This document shows positions 50,422 through 58,352 of a stretch of 64,000 nucleotides of DNA, piece by piece. Source of the DNA: Bdellovibrio sp. (GTDB taxonomy: Bacteria > Bdellovibrionota > Bdellovibrionia > Bdellovibrionales > Bdellovibrionaceae); the NCBI GenBank assembly GCA_036677065.1, contig JAKFBS010000004.1:256001-320000 (forward strand), given 5' to 3'. How positions within the stretch are numbered: the stretch's first letter is position 1; each line of letters opens with the position of its first letter. Made by a program: the position numbers and the translations under genes. The notes beneath the pieces were generated by a model. It was not told the origin of the DNA. It saw only the letters and a program-made list of their open reading frames with translations, and did not search any database.

Positions 50422-51267
50422 TTATTTAGGGTTAACGGAGTAGGTACGGGATTCTGACCTTTTTTTAGTTTCCTGATCGATCAACGGTTTCGAATAATCA
50501 GAAGTAGGAAAAATCATCACGTCGCTATTTAGAGCATTTTTAAAGCTTATAAGTTGATACCAATTCGGGGAATATTTTATAAGATCAATGCCTGAATCTT
50601 CAAATATAAGAAGTTCCATTTTTGCATACTCGCAGCTTTTAAAAACTTCAGGATATTTACTTCGGACTTCATTTTCTATTTTATCTGACCACAAAACTTT
50701 ACCATAAAGGTCTAATACACGAGATACCGGAGCAAGTGTAAACGATAATTGAATATTTCCAAACTCAGAAGAGCACGTAGGGCAACTTGAAACATACATA
50801 ACCGCACTACTAAATCTATTGCGTTTAGCGCTAAAATATTGACCATTCATTTTGATATGAGAAGGATCTTTCACGTAAGACATAATACTACGGTAGCCAG
50901 CTTCACTATCCACTTGGTCCCGATTTGATTCTTCAGATTTAAAATCGGTCGCTAAACTTTGAACGTCAGTGTAATGGTAAAATGTATAATAACCTGCGGA
51001 CGTGCCTGTTATTAATGTTCTGACTGTCTCAAGGTTAGTATCAAAGCGATTAAAATCAGAAAGCGGAACTGATTGCTGAATCAAGGATTCACTTCTTAAA
51101 ATACCGCCTTGCTTATAGAACTTTTCAACGGAATTGTAACACTGATCTCCTAAGTAGCGGGCTAATTCAGTTTTTTTTACATCTTGCTGAATGAACTCAC
51201 GTACAAGCTGTTGCGCAGAGGCTGTACCAGTTAATAGTAATGTTAGTATCAGAGTTAAAAAGCGCAT
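50422..51267 (-). CDS. Secreted hypothetical protein, possible ADP-ribosyltransferase-like fold
   Basis: Signal peptide (ASA); FYHYT and MYVSS.P..SSEFG..L.F.L pattern. Confidence 0.6.
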   Translation of the reverse strand: MRFLTLILTLLLTGTASAQQLVREFIQQDVKKTELARYLGDQCYNSVEKFYKQGGILRSESLIQQSVPLSDFNRFDTNLETVRTLITGTSAGYYTFYHYTDVQSLATDFKSEESNRDQVDSEAGYRSIMSYVKDPSHIKMNGQYFSAKRNRFSSAVMYVSSCPTCSSEFGNIQLSFTLAPVSRVLDLYGKVLWSDKIENEVRSKYPEVFKSCEYAKMELLIFEDSGIDLIKYSPNWYQLISFKNALNSDVMIFPTSDYSKPLIDQETKKRSESRTYSVNPK

Positions 51268-51279
51268 AGGCTCTATCAG

Positions 51280-51296
51280 AGCAAAGTTGATGCCTT
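51280..51296 (-). promoter_or_regulatory. Putative sigma54 promoter
   Basis: AAGGCATCAACTTTGCT: GG-N10-GC. Confidence 0.7.
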
Positions 51297-51363
51297 GTGA
51301 GGTTTAACAGGTTGAATTTGCCTGTATACGAAATTGACAGCTAGCTATTTTTTGGTAGGTTTT

Positions 51364-51401
51364 CAGTTTTTTACTTGAGGGTTTTGTGCTGCGGGTACCA
51401 T
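51364..51401. repeat. 38-bp direct repeat, copy 2
   Basis: CAGTTTTTTACTTGAGGGTTTTGTGCTGCGGGTACCAT. Confidence 0.95.
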
Positions 51402-52426
51402 TTTTCTAAGCCTTTGTTGTAATAATCTAATAAGTCTAAATTTTTAAACTGTTCGCTCTGGCTGTAAAGCAAAAAGCGGATTAAAAAATCAATCAGAAGC
51501 TGGTGGCGGCGTAAAGTGCGTTTAATGCGGTGTTTTTTGATCGGGTTGAATAAGCCGTCTAGTTTAAAAATCTGTAATGGATTTTTCTTAACCCAAATCC
51601 ATGAGCCTAACTCTAAAGTTAACGGAATGTAGTTTAGATTTTTAATTCTTTCGTGAGCGATGTAATCCCACAAATCACCATGCGTGCAGTACACTTTAGA
51701 TTGCGGTTCGATTTTGTAAATATGAAACGGGTAGACTTTTTCAAAGTATTCCATCATCGCTGTGATAAAATCTAATTTGGGATATGGATTTTTACTAAAT
51801 GCCCATGGAAACCAGATTTGATCTTTAAAACCAAAGCCTGAATGAATATCTAAAGATAATGTAAATTTTGAGCGCAGAATCTCACGCGTTACTTCGTCGA
51901 CTACGAATTGTGATTCAATTTGCATGGGTTCATTGATTTTTCCGCGATACCACGGAAGTAGATTTGTTAATCGATGGCCACCAGCCAGGGCAGGAACTTT
52001 TTCTTTGGCCTCAATAGGAGCGTTACGCATTAGATCGACACCATTGGCGTTTGAGCGCGTGCGCTCTTGAATGCCAACGGGATTAATAAAGGGGAAAAAC
52101 ACGAAACGAATGTCTTGCAATTTATTCTGAAAAACTAAGTCCCAACTTGAAAGTTCAAAGTATTTTTCAATCAGTGATACGCAAAGCTGGCTCCCGATTT
52201 TTTCTAAACCATGCACGCCACCGGTTAAAATCAATGTGACTTTTTCTTCTGATTTTTTCTTAGATGTTTTATCTTCGCAAATCACTTTCCACAGCGGGTA
52301 TGATGTTCCTTGGTGAACAACTTCAGAAAGGGTTTGAAAAGTCCAATAGGGATTCTTTTGTTCTCTTTGTTTTTTAAGAACTTGTTCAAACTGAAAATAT
52401 TCGTGAAAATTAGGCTGATTCAACAT
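51371..52426 (-). CDS. M14 zinc carboxypeptidase family protein
   Basis: GVHGLE, NPVG, NANGVDLMRN, DIHSG and TLE motifs. Confidence 0.9.
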   Translation of the reverse strand: MLNQPNFHEYFQFEQVLKKQREQKNPYWTFQTLSEVVHQGTSYPLWKVICEDKTSKKKSEEKVTLILTGGVHGLEKIGSQLCVSLIEKYFELSSWDLVFQNKLQDIRFVFFPFINPVGIQERTRSNANGVDLMRNAPIEAKEKVPALAGGHRLTNLLPWYRGKINEPMQIESQFVVDEVTREILRSKFTLSLDIHSGFGFKDQIWFPWAFSKNPYPKLDFITAMMEYFEKVYPFHIYKIEPQSKVYCTHGDLWDYIAHERIKNLNYIPLTLELGSWIWVKKNPLQIFKLDGLFNPIKKHRIKRTLRRHQLLIDFLIRFLLYSQSEQFKNLDLLDYYNKGLEKWYPQHKTLK

Positions 52427-52443
52427 CAGCCCCTAGAGTAAAA

Positions 52444-53295
52444 TTAAACGGCAATTTTTTCCAGACGTTTTTCATAACGCTGTGCTAAGTTTTCGACTTT
52501 TAAGCACGTTAAAAAATCCATGCAGTTCATATCGGCATCGTAAGCAGGTTCACCCAGGATTTCAGCGCCAACTTTAAGATAAGTTTTTAATAACGATGGA
52601 ATCAAGTCTTCGGCCTGTTTCACTTCTTCGTCTGAAAGCTTTGCTGGCATGGCGTGAAAGTAATCATCAAAAAATGGAACCTTAAACGACAAATGCGGCT
52701 TAATTTTGTATTTACAGTTAAGCGCGCCGGTTTGTTCGAAGTATTTAGTCACTAGAGCAGCTTGTTTTGGCGTGATATTCTTAATACTTGAACAGCCAAA
52801 TAGTAAATTAGCTTTCACATGGCGCATGTAAAAATAAATGCCTTTCCATAATAATGAAATCACTGTGCCAGTACGATGGTTGGTATCAATGCAAGCTCTG
52901 CCAAGTTCAACAAAGTTTGAATAAGGTAGGGCAAATGATTTTAAATCAAATTCAGATTGTGAATAGAAATCTTGAAGGCTTGATGAATTATTCATACGAT
53001 ATGTGCCAACAACAGAGTTTGATTTTTTATCAACGATAATTAAGTGATCGCAGACTGAATCATAAACATCGATATCTAAGCGTTGGCCGTCTTTTTTATC
53101 GTCGTTGTAGAACACATCATAACGCAGTTTAAAAGCGGATTTTAATTCTTGCGTCGTCGTTGCCGTTTTCAAAAGGTAGTTGCCTTGATCCATTTGAAAT
53201 TCAACACGGGGCTCGTAAGCCACCATATCTAGATTTCTAAATTTCAAGTCTTGCTGAATTTGTTGGATAAATTGTAGCATGATTAACCCTTTCAT
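52444..53295 (-). CDS. olsB: Ornithine N-acyltransferase (OlsB-like, GNAT); start may be 53280
   Basis: LRYDVF, DVYDSVCDHLI, VGTYR, FYSQSEF, ELGRACI, LFGCSS and PSLLKTYL...GEPAYD motifs. Confidence 0.8.
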   Translation of the reverse strand: MKGLIMLQFIQQIQQDLKFRNLDMVAYEPRVEFQMDQGNYLLKTATTTQELKSAFKLRYDVFYNDDKKDGQRLDIDVYDSVCDHLIIVDKKSNSVVGTYRMNNSSSLQDFYSQSEFDLKSFALPYSNFVELGRACIDTNHRTGTVISLLWKGIYFYMRHVKANLLFGCSSIKNITPKQAALVTKYFEQTGALNCKYKIKPHLSFKVPFFDDYFHAMPAKLSDEEVKQAEDLIPSLLKTYLKVGAEILGEPAYDADMNCMDFLTCLKVENLAQRYEKRLEKIAV

Positions 53296-54196
53296 GAGCT
53301 ATTTGTTGGATAAATTGTAAAGCGATTTCATAAGTTTCATTAATTTCTAATTCTGATTTGGCAAGACGGGGATTGATTTCAACCACATCTAAATTACGTA
53401 ATTTTCCTGTCAGAGAAATCATCTGCGCCAAAGCATTTAATTCAGAAATTTGCAGGCCGTTGTTTACCGGAACGCCGGTGCATAAAGCGTAACTTGTGTC
53501 TAAAGAATCAATATCAAAACTCACATGCACATTTTCAAAGTTAGAAATTTTTTCTGCTAATCGATGTACACAATAATCAAGACCTTGGGTGCGCAGATCA
53601 TGAATCGTAAAGTGCATAATGTTATTGGCTTCTAAATAATCGCGCTCAAATTGATCTAGATCACGAATACCGACATAGACCATTTGCTGATGCGGTAAAT
53701 GTGCTTTCATCCAATCCATTGAAGCGGGGCGGTCTTCAGATTTTTGCATTAAATAATAAACTGGCATGCCATGTAAATTTCCAGATCGGCTTTCTTCAGC
53801 AGAGTTAAGGTCTGCATGGGCATCAATCCAAATAACTAACGTGTTCGGGTTGCGGCGAAGGCTTGCTTCAACTGTGGCTAATGAAATGCTGTGGTCGCCG
53901 CCAAAGTTTAAATTCACTTTATTTTTACAAAGCCCAAGATAAGAAAGCGCAGCTAAGTATTTGTAATTCACAAACGATTGTGCGTTTAAATCAGCGGCGC
54001 TGTAAAATTTTGTACGTTTGTCGCCTAAAAACTGTTGTGCACGACCAATTAACTCTAAATCATAGGCAGGTTTCAAGCCGGCTTTATTACGATTATTATA
54101 GTAGCTCAAAAAGCCATCTGATGACTCGGTAAGGCCTGTGTAAGTTTGGCCGATCTCTATATCTGCTTGAACAAAAGACAGAGTTGTTAGTTGCAT
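53237..54196 (-). CDS. rocF: Arginase
   Basis: GGDHS, DAHADLN, SGNLHGMP, SFDIDSLD and VEINP motifs. Confidence 0.88.
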   Translation of the reverse strand: MQLTTLSFVQADIEIGQTYTGLTESSDGFLSYYNNRNKAGLKPAYDLELIGRAQQFLGDKRTKFYSAADLNAQSFVNYKYLAALSYLGLCKNKVNLNFGGDHSISLATVEASLRRNPNTLVIWIDAHADLNSAEESRSGNLHGMPVYYLMQKSEDRPASMDWMKAHLPHQQMVYVGIRDLDQFERDYLEANNIMHFTIHDLRTQGLDYCVHRLAEKISNFENVHVSFDIDSLDTSYALCTGVPVNNGLQISELNALAQMISLTGKLRNLDVVEINPRLAKSELEINETYEIALQFIQQIAHERVNHATIYPTNSARLEI

Positions 54197-54339
54197 GGAA
54201 ATATTTTCAATCGAAAGGCGATAAAATGTCCCGTTAGGGTTCTGTTTGTAACAATTGGCGTCTTAACAAACTCCTGACAATACATTGAGAATAAGAAAAA
54301 CTAAAATCTGATTCATAAAAAAACCAAGGAGTCCTCTCT

Positions 54340-55320
54340 ATGAAACTTTTAAGTCTAATTGCAACATTGTCTTTCGCAGTTTCAGCATTAGCTGCTGAAC
54401 CAAAGCTTATCAAAATTGATGGATCATCAACTGTGTATCCAATCACTGAAGCGATGGCTGAAGAATTTCAAGCTTCACAAAAAGGGGCCGTAAAAATCAC
54501 AGCTGCTTTTTCTGGAACTGGTGGCGGTTTTAAAAAATTCTGCCGTAACGAAATCGAAGTGACTGGAGCTTCTCGTCCAATTTCTCAGTCTGAAGTTGAC
54601 GCTTGTCGCACAGCAAATATTAAATTTTATGAATTACCAGTGGCATTTGATGCAACAGTAGTTATCGTTCACCCCTCAAACACACTTTCACAAATCACTG
54701 TTGAAGAGCTTAAAAAAATGTGGGCTCCGGAAGCACAAGGTAAAATTAAAACTTGGGCTGATATCAATCCAGCTTGGCCAAAAACAGCATTAAAACTTTA
54801 TGGTGCTGGTGCAGATTCAGGAACATTTGATTACTTTACTGAAGCTATCGTTGGAAAAGCTAAATCGTCACGTGGTGATTACACAGCTTCAGAAGATGAC
54901 AATATTTTAGTTAAAGGTGTTGCTGGCGATAAAGGTGCATTAGGTTTTGTTCCGTTAGCTTACTACATGGAGAATAGCAAAAAAATTAAAGCATTAGCTA
55001 TTGTGAACAAGCAAGGTAAGGCGACTCTTCCAACTAAAGAAACTGTTGAAAACGCAGCTTACAATCCATTATCTCGTCCATTGTTTATTTACGTAAATGC
55101 AGAAGCTGCAAAACGCACAGAAGTTAAAGACTTCGTAATGATGTACTTAAAATCTGCGGGCGAAATCGTTCCACAAGTTAAATACATCGCGCTTCCTAAA
55201 AAAGCTTACGATACAGCGGCTGAGCACTTTAACAAAGGCAAATTGGGCACTGTGTTTAAAGGTCACGCCGGTATCGGAATGACTATCGAAGAGTTACTTA
55301 AAAAAGAATCTTCTTTATAG
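54340..55320 (+). CDS. pstS: Phosphate ABC transporter substrate-binding protein
   Basis: IDGSSTVYP, SGTGGGFKKFC, ASR, DSGTFDYF and LSRPLFIY motifs. Confidence 0.95.
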   Translation: MKLLSLIATLSFAVSALAAEPKLIKIDGSSTVYPITEAMAEEFQASQKGAVKITAAFSGTGGGFKKFCRNEIEVTGASRPISQSEVDACRTANIKFYELPVAFDATVVIVHPSNTLSQITVEELKKMWAPEAQGKIKTWADINPAWPKTALKLYGAGADSGTFDYFTEAIVGKAKSSRGDYTASEDDNILVKGVAGDKGALGFVPLAYYMENSKKIKALAIVNKQGKATLPTKETVENAAYNPLSRPLFIYVNAEAAKRTEVKDFVMMYLKSAGEIVPQVKYIALPKKAYDTAAEHFNKGKLGTVFKGHAGIGMTIEELLKKESSL

Positions 55321-55350
55321 TCCTGAACTCTATACAACATAATACTTGTT

Positions 55351-55377
55351 AAGCCCGCGTAAAAGCGGGCTTTTTTC
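55351..55377 (+). terminator. Intrinsic terminator
   Basis: AAGCCCGC-gtaaaa-GCGGGCTTTTTT. Confidence 0.9.
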
Positions 55378-55394
55378 GTTTTAGGAGCCATTAT

Positions 55395-55422
55395 AATTGG
55401 CCCTGGTTTTGTATGTAGAGTC
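55395..55422 (+). promoter_or_regulatory. Putative sigma54 promoter (GT variant)
   Basis: AATTGGCCCTGGTTTTGTATGTAGAGTC. Confidence 0.65.
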
Positions 55423-55435
55423 ATAGGGGGACAAA

Positions 55436-55996
55436 ATGAAACTAAAAATCGCTATCTCTACATTGGCTTTACTGGGTGCATTTTCAGCAAATGCAGCAAC
55501 TTTTGGTGCTTTAACAATCGCCGGCGCAGGCTGCACCAATAAAACATCTGACTTAAAAATTATATCGCAACAAGACTCGTTATACGCCCTTCCCTTAAAT
55601 CTTTATGTAAAAAAAGAAGCTGGTACTTCACTTGATCGCAAAGCCTGTACAGCAAGCTTATTGGTAACATTAGCAAGTGATGAAAAACTTGTGGTCGAAA
55701 ATGTTTCGCAAAAAGTAAATACTCGCGTTCACGCAGGCGGAACAGCGAAAGCCCAGCTTGAAGTGTTCTTGACCGGACAAAAAGGTGAAGTGTTAAAAGC
55801 TGAATCTGTAGCCGCTGATCAATACGTAAGTTCTCGTCATCATCTTTCACAAGATGGTGCTGTTGCTGAATCTAGCTGTGGTGGTGAAGTGATTGTTCGT
55901 GCAAATGCTTCTGGCGTTGCCATGGCTTCAGCTAAAGTGAGTATTTATCACGAAGACCTTAAGTTAAATCTTAAAGTCGTGAAGTGCGCTCAGTAA
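55436..55996 (+). CDS. Secreted DUF4360-like protein
   Basis: Signal peptide; four-Cys pattern GAGC, RKAC, SSCG and terminal KC. Confidence 0.7.
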   Translation: MKLKIAISTLALLGAFSANAATFGALTIAGAGCTNKTSDLKIISQQDSLYALPLNLYVKKEAGTSLDRKACTASLLVTLASDEKLVVENVSQKVNTRVHAGGTAKAQLEVFLTGQKGEVLKAESVAADQYVSSRHHLSQDGAVAESSCGGEVIVRANASGVAMASAKVSIYHEDLKLNLKVVKCAQ

Positions 55997-56016
55997 TTAG
56001 TTTAACGGCCAGATAT
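55997..56016. repeat. 20-bp relic copy of the 3' end of the GyrI-like gene
   Basis: TTAGTTTAACGGCCAGATAT vs TTACTGTAACGGCCAGATAT at 57223-57242 (18/20; 14-bp exact core). Confidence 0.85.
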
Positions 56017-57125
56017 TACTGAAATTTAAAAGCGAACAACAATCCTGAATCGTCGTCAAAGCCACATGTCAAATTAACATAGGCCGTACCGCCGCCTTGC
56101 GAGAACTTGACTGTTTCAATTGTCGAGTACGGGCATGATGAAGTGTCTAGCGTGTGCTGGGCAACTAAGGCATGCGTCGTGGCGTTGTAAATTTTTAATT
56201 TGTCTGTGGCATTAGTAGTTAAAAAGTACTTACTATCGGGCGAAAATGCAGCGCCTTTTGGATATGCACCGACATTGTACGTCCCATTAGTTGCAGCAAG
56301 TGAAGCTGGGTTGAAATCTAAGAGAACATAACCTGATGATGTGTTTCCGCCGCCTGCAGATAAAGCAAACTTTTGATTGTCTGGTGAAATTGCCATGTAG
56401 TTAGCATTGCTTCCATTATCAAAAATATATTCTACTTGAGTAAACGTATTATTTGTTGAATTAAACGAGTACCGATAAAGCGATGCTGGTGAAAGCCCCG
56501 GAGCCGACATAATTATTTCATGACGGGATTTATTGTAAACCATCATTTTATAATAGCTTCCTGTGATTGTGGTCACAGCAGTCATAGTATCAATATTTAC
56601 TAATTCGATATTTCCCCAATAGCTTGTACTTAGATTAGCAAATAAAAAACCGGTCTCACCGAAACTTAACCAAGAAGCAGGTGCGCTGATATTTATATAA
56701 TCCACAGTTGTCGATGAAGAGGTGACGTCGATTCGGGCTATTTTGCTTGCACCAGAAAGTGCTATGTAAACATATTTTCTAGCCTCATCGAGAATCATGT
56801 GAGTTGGAGTAGCGTTCAGTTGCCAAGCATTTTTTACTAGTAAGGAGCCGATATTTACTAATCCAAGTGTATTATCGGAGTGATCTTGCAAGAGCACGTC
56901 ACCATCGCAAAGTGGTATCATCTCTTTACCTGGAGGCGTGAAAAAACCACCGTCAGCTAACGAAGAAGCTGTTGAATCACAACTATTTCCGCCCCCTGGT
57001 ATCGAGGGAGACCCTGGTTGTTCAGTAGTCGGAGCAGTAGAGGATAGTTCTTCTTTTTTTTCTAGGCAGGCAGTTAAAGATAAAGAAGCAGAGACAACAA
57101 GTACTAACAGATGGTTATTCTTCAT
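56016..57125 (-). CDS. Beta-propeller lipoprotein (YncE/YVTN-like)
   Basis: Lipobox LTAC; blade motifs AISPDNQK, AFSPDSKY and KFSQGGGT. Confidence 0.8.
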   Translation of the reverse strand: MKNNHLLVLVVSASLSLTACLEKKEELSSTAPTTEQPGSPSIPGGGNSCDSTASSLADGGFFTPPGKEMIPLCDGDVLLQDHSDNTLGLVNIGSLLVKNAWQLNATPTHMILDEARKYVYIALSGASKIARIDVTSSSTTVDYINISAPASWLSFGETGFLFANLSTSYWGNIELVNIDTMTAVTTITGSYYKMMVYNKSRHEIIMSAPGLSPASLYRYSFNSTNNTFTQVEYIFDNGSNANYMAISPDNQKFALSAGGGNTSSGYVLLDFNPASLAATNGTYNVGAYPKGAAFSPDSKYFLTTNATDKLKIYNATTHALVAQHTLDTSSCPYSTIETVKFSQGGGTAYVNLTCGFDDDSGLLFAFKFQ

Positions 57126-57132
57126 GGTGTAA

Positions 57133-57159
57133 ATATCGGATTATTTATAAAAAAGTTTA
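57133..57159 (-). promoter_or_regulatory. Putative sigma28 (FliA) promoter
   Basis: TAAA-N15-TCCGATAT, 7 nt before the ATG. Confidence 0.7.
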
Positions 57160-57222
57160 TAAATATTTTAATATTTATAAGAAAATATCAAACTGAGATA
57201 ATGAAGTTGTTATATTGAGACG

Positions 57223-57786
57223 TTACTGTAACGGCCAGATATAAACAGTCTGCATCGTGTTTTTTTCTAACACTTCGTAGATCTCTAAAACGGGGCCCTT
57301 ACGCTGTAAGTTTCGTTCTTTAACGAACTCATCGGCTTTCGGGTAAACTTTCAATGGGCCTATGCCAGGAGCGCCGGTAAATAACGCCACTGCAGCTTTT
57401 GTTTCAGCGTAGACTTCAGTTTTAAAACCTTCAGGTAATTTATCTTTTAGGGTGGCAAAAAGTTTAGCTTCGTTTTCATCTTTTGGGTCAACTAGGCAGC
57501 CACCGCGGGCGCGCAGACGGCCTTCTTCAACTAAGGCTGGGTTATCTAAGTATTCACCAAAACTTAAACGACATTTTAGACCTTGTGATCTGGTCCATTT
57601 TTCAACTTCTTCAATCGTTGAAACGATTTTGTGGTAAGCACCCGTATAGTCTTTGTAAATCAAAGTGTATGGCCCGCGCTGATCAGTGGCTACAGTAACA
57701 CTTTTGAATGCGCCTGTGTATTGCATTAGGTATAAGAAAAAAACCACTAAACCAATCGTAACGGCGAATAATGTGTGCTTAACCAT
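57223..57786 (-). CDS. GyrI-like small-molecule-binding domain protein, membrane anchored
   Basis: N-terminal TM helix; GAY, YLDNP and PVLEIYE...IWPL motifs. Confidence 0.75.
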   Translation of the reverse strand: MVKHTLFAVTIGLVVFFLYLMQYTGAFKSVTVATDQRGPYTLIYKDYTGAYHKIVSTIEEVEKWTRSQGLKCRLSFGEYLDNPALVEEGRLRARGGCLVDPKDENEAKLFATLKDKLPEGFKTEVYAETKAAVALFTGAPGIGPLKVYPKADEFVKERNLQRKGPVLEIYEVLEKNTMQTVYIWPLQ

Positions 57787-57791
57787 TTATT

Positions 57792-58352
57792 TTAAACTTT
57801 CCATTTAATAGAACAACCCATTGAAGGGGTTTGTGGTTGTAACGGGCGGCGTGTTTTTAAATCAATAGCTGCATTGTAAAGTTCACGTTTTGTGACTTTG
57901 TCTGCTTCTTTCCAGTTATCATCAAGACGGCCACGGTATTGTAATTTTAATTGGCCATCGTACATAAAATAATCGGGGGTGCAGACTGCGCCAAATTTTT
58001 TAGCTACTTCTTGCGATTCATCATGCAGATAAATAAAAGTGTAGTTTTTTTCGCGAGCCCGTTTTTGTAAATTTTCAAAACTGTCATCAGGGTATTTTGT
58101 GTCGTTATTTGAACAGATTGCGACGACATTGATATCTTGTTTATCTAAATCAGCACCTAGCTGAATCAAACGATCTTCGATTGCTTTTACATAAGGGCAG
58201 TGATTGCAGATAAACATAACCACCAACGGATTACCATTAGCGAAATCTTTTAAAGAGTATTTTTTATTTTCAGTGCCGTTGACTGCGGGTAAGGAAAAAT
58301 CCGGGCAGACTTGGCCGAACTCTGGCTTTTCTGGGGTATAAGTTAACGCCAT
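57792..58352 (-). CDS. Thioredoxin-like redoxin (AhpC/TSA family)
   Basis: FICNHCPYV, AVCTPD, YRGRLDD and SMGCSIKW motifs. Confidence 0.92.
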   Translation of the reverse strand: MALTYTPEKPEFGQVCPDFSLPAVNGTENKKYSLKDFANGNPLVVMFICNHCPYVKAIEDRLIQLGADLDKQDINVVAICSNNDTKYPDDSFENLQKRAREKNYTFIYLHDESQEVAKKFGAVCTPDYFMYDGQLKLQYRGRLDDNWKEADKVTKRELYNAAIDLKTRRPLQPQTPSMGCSIKWKV

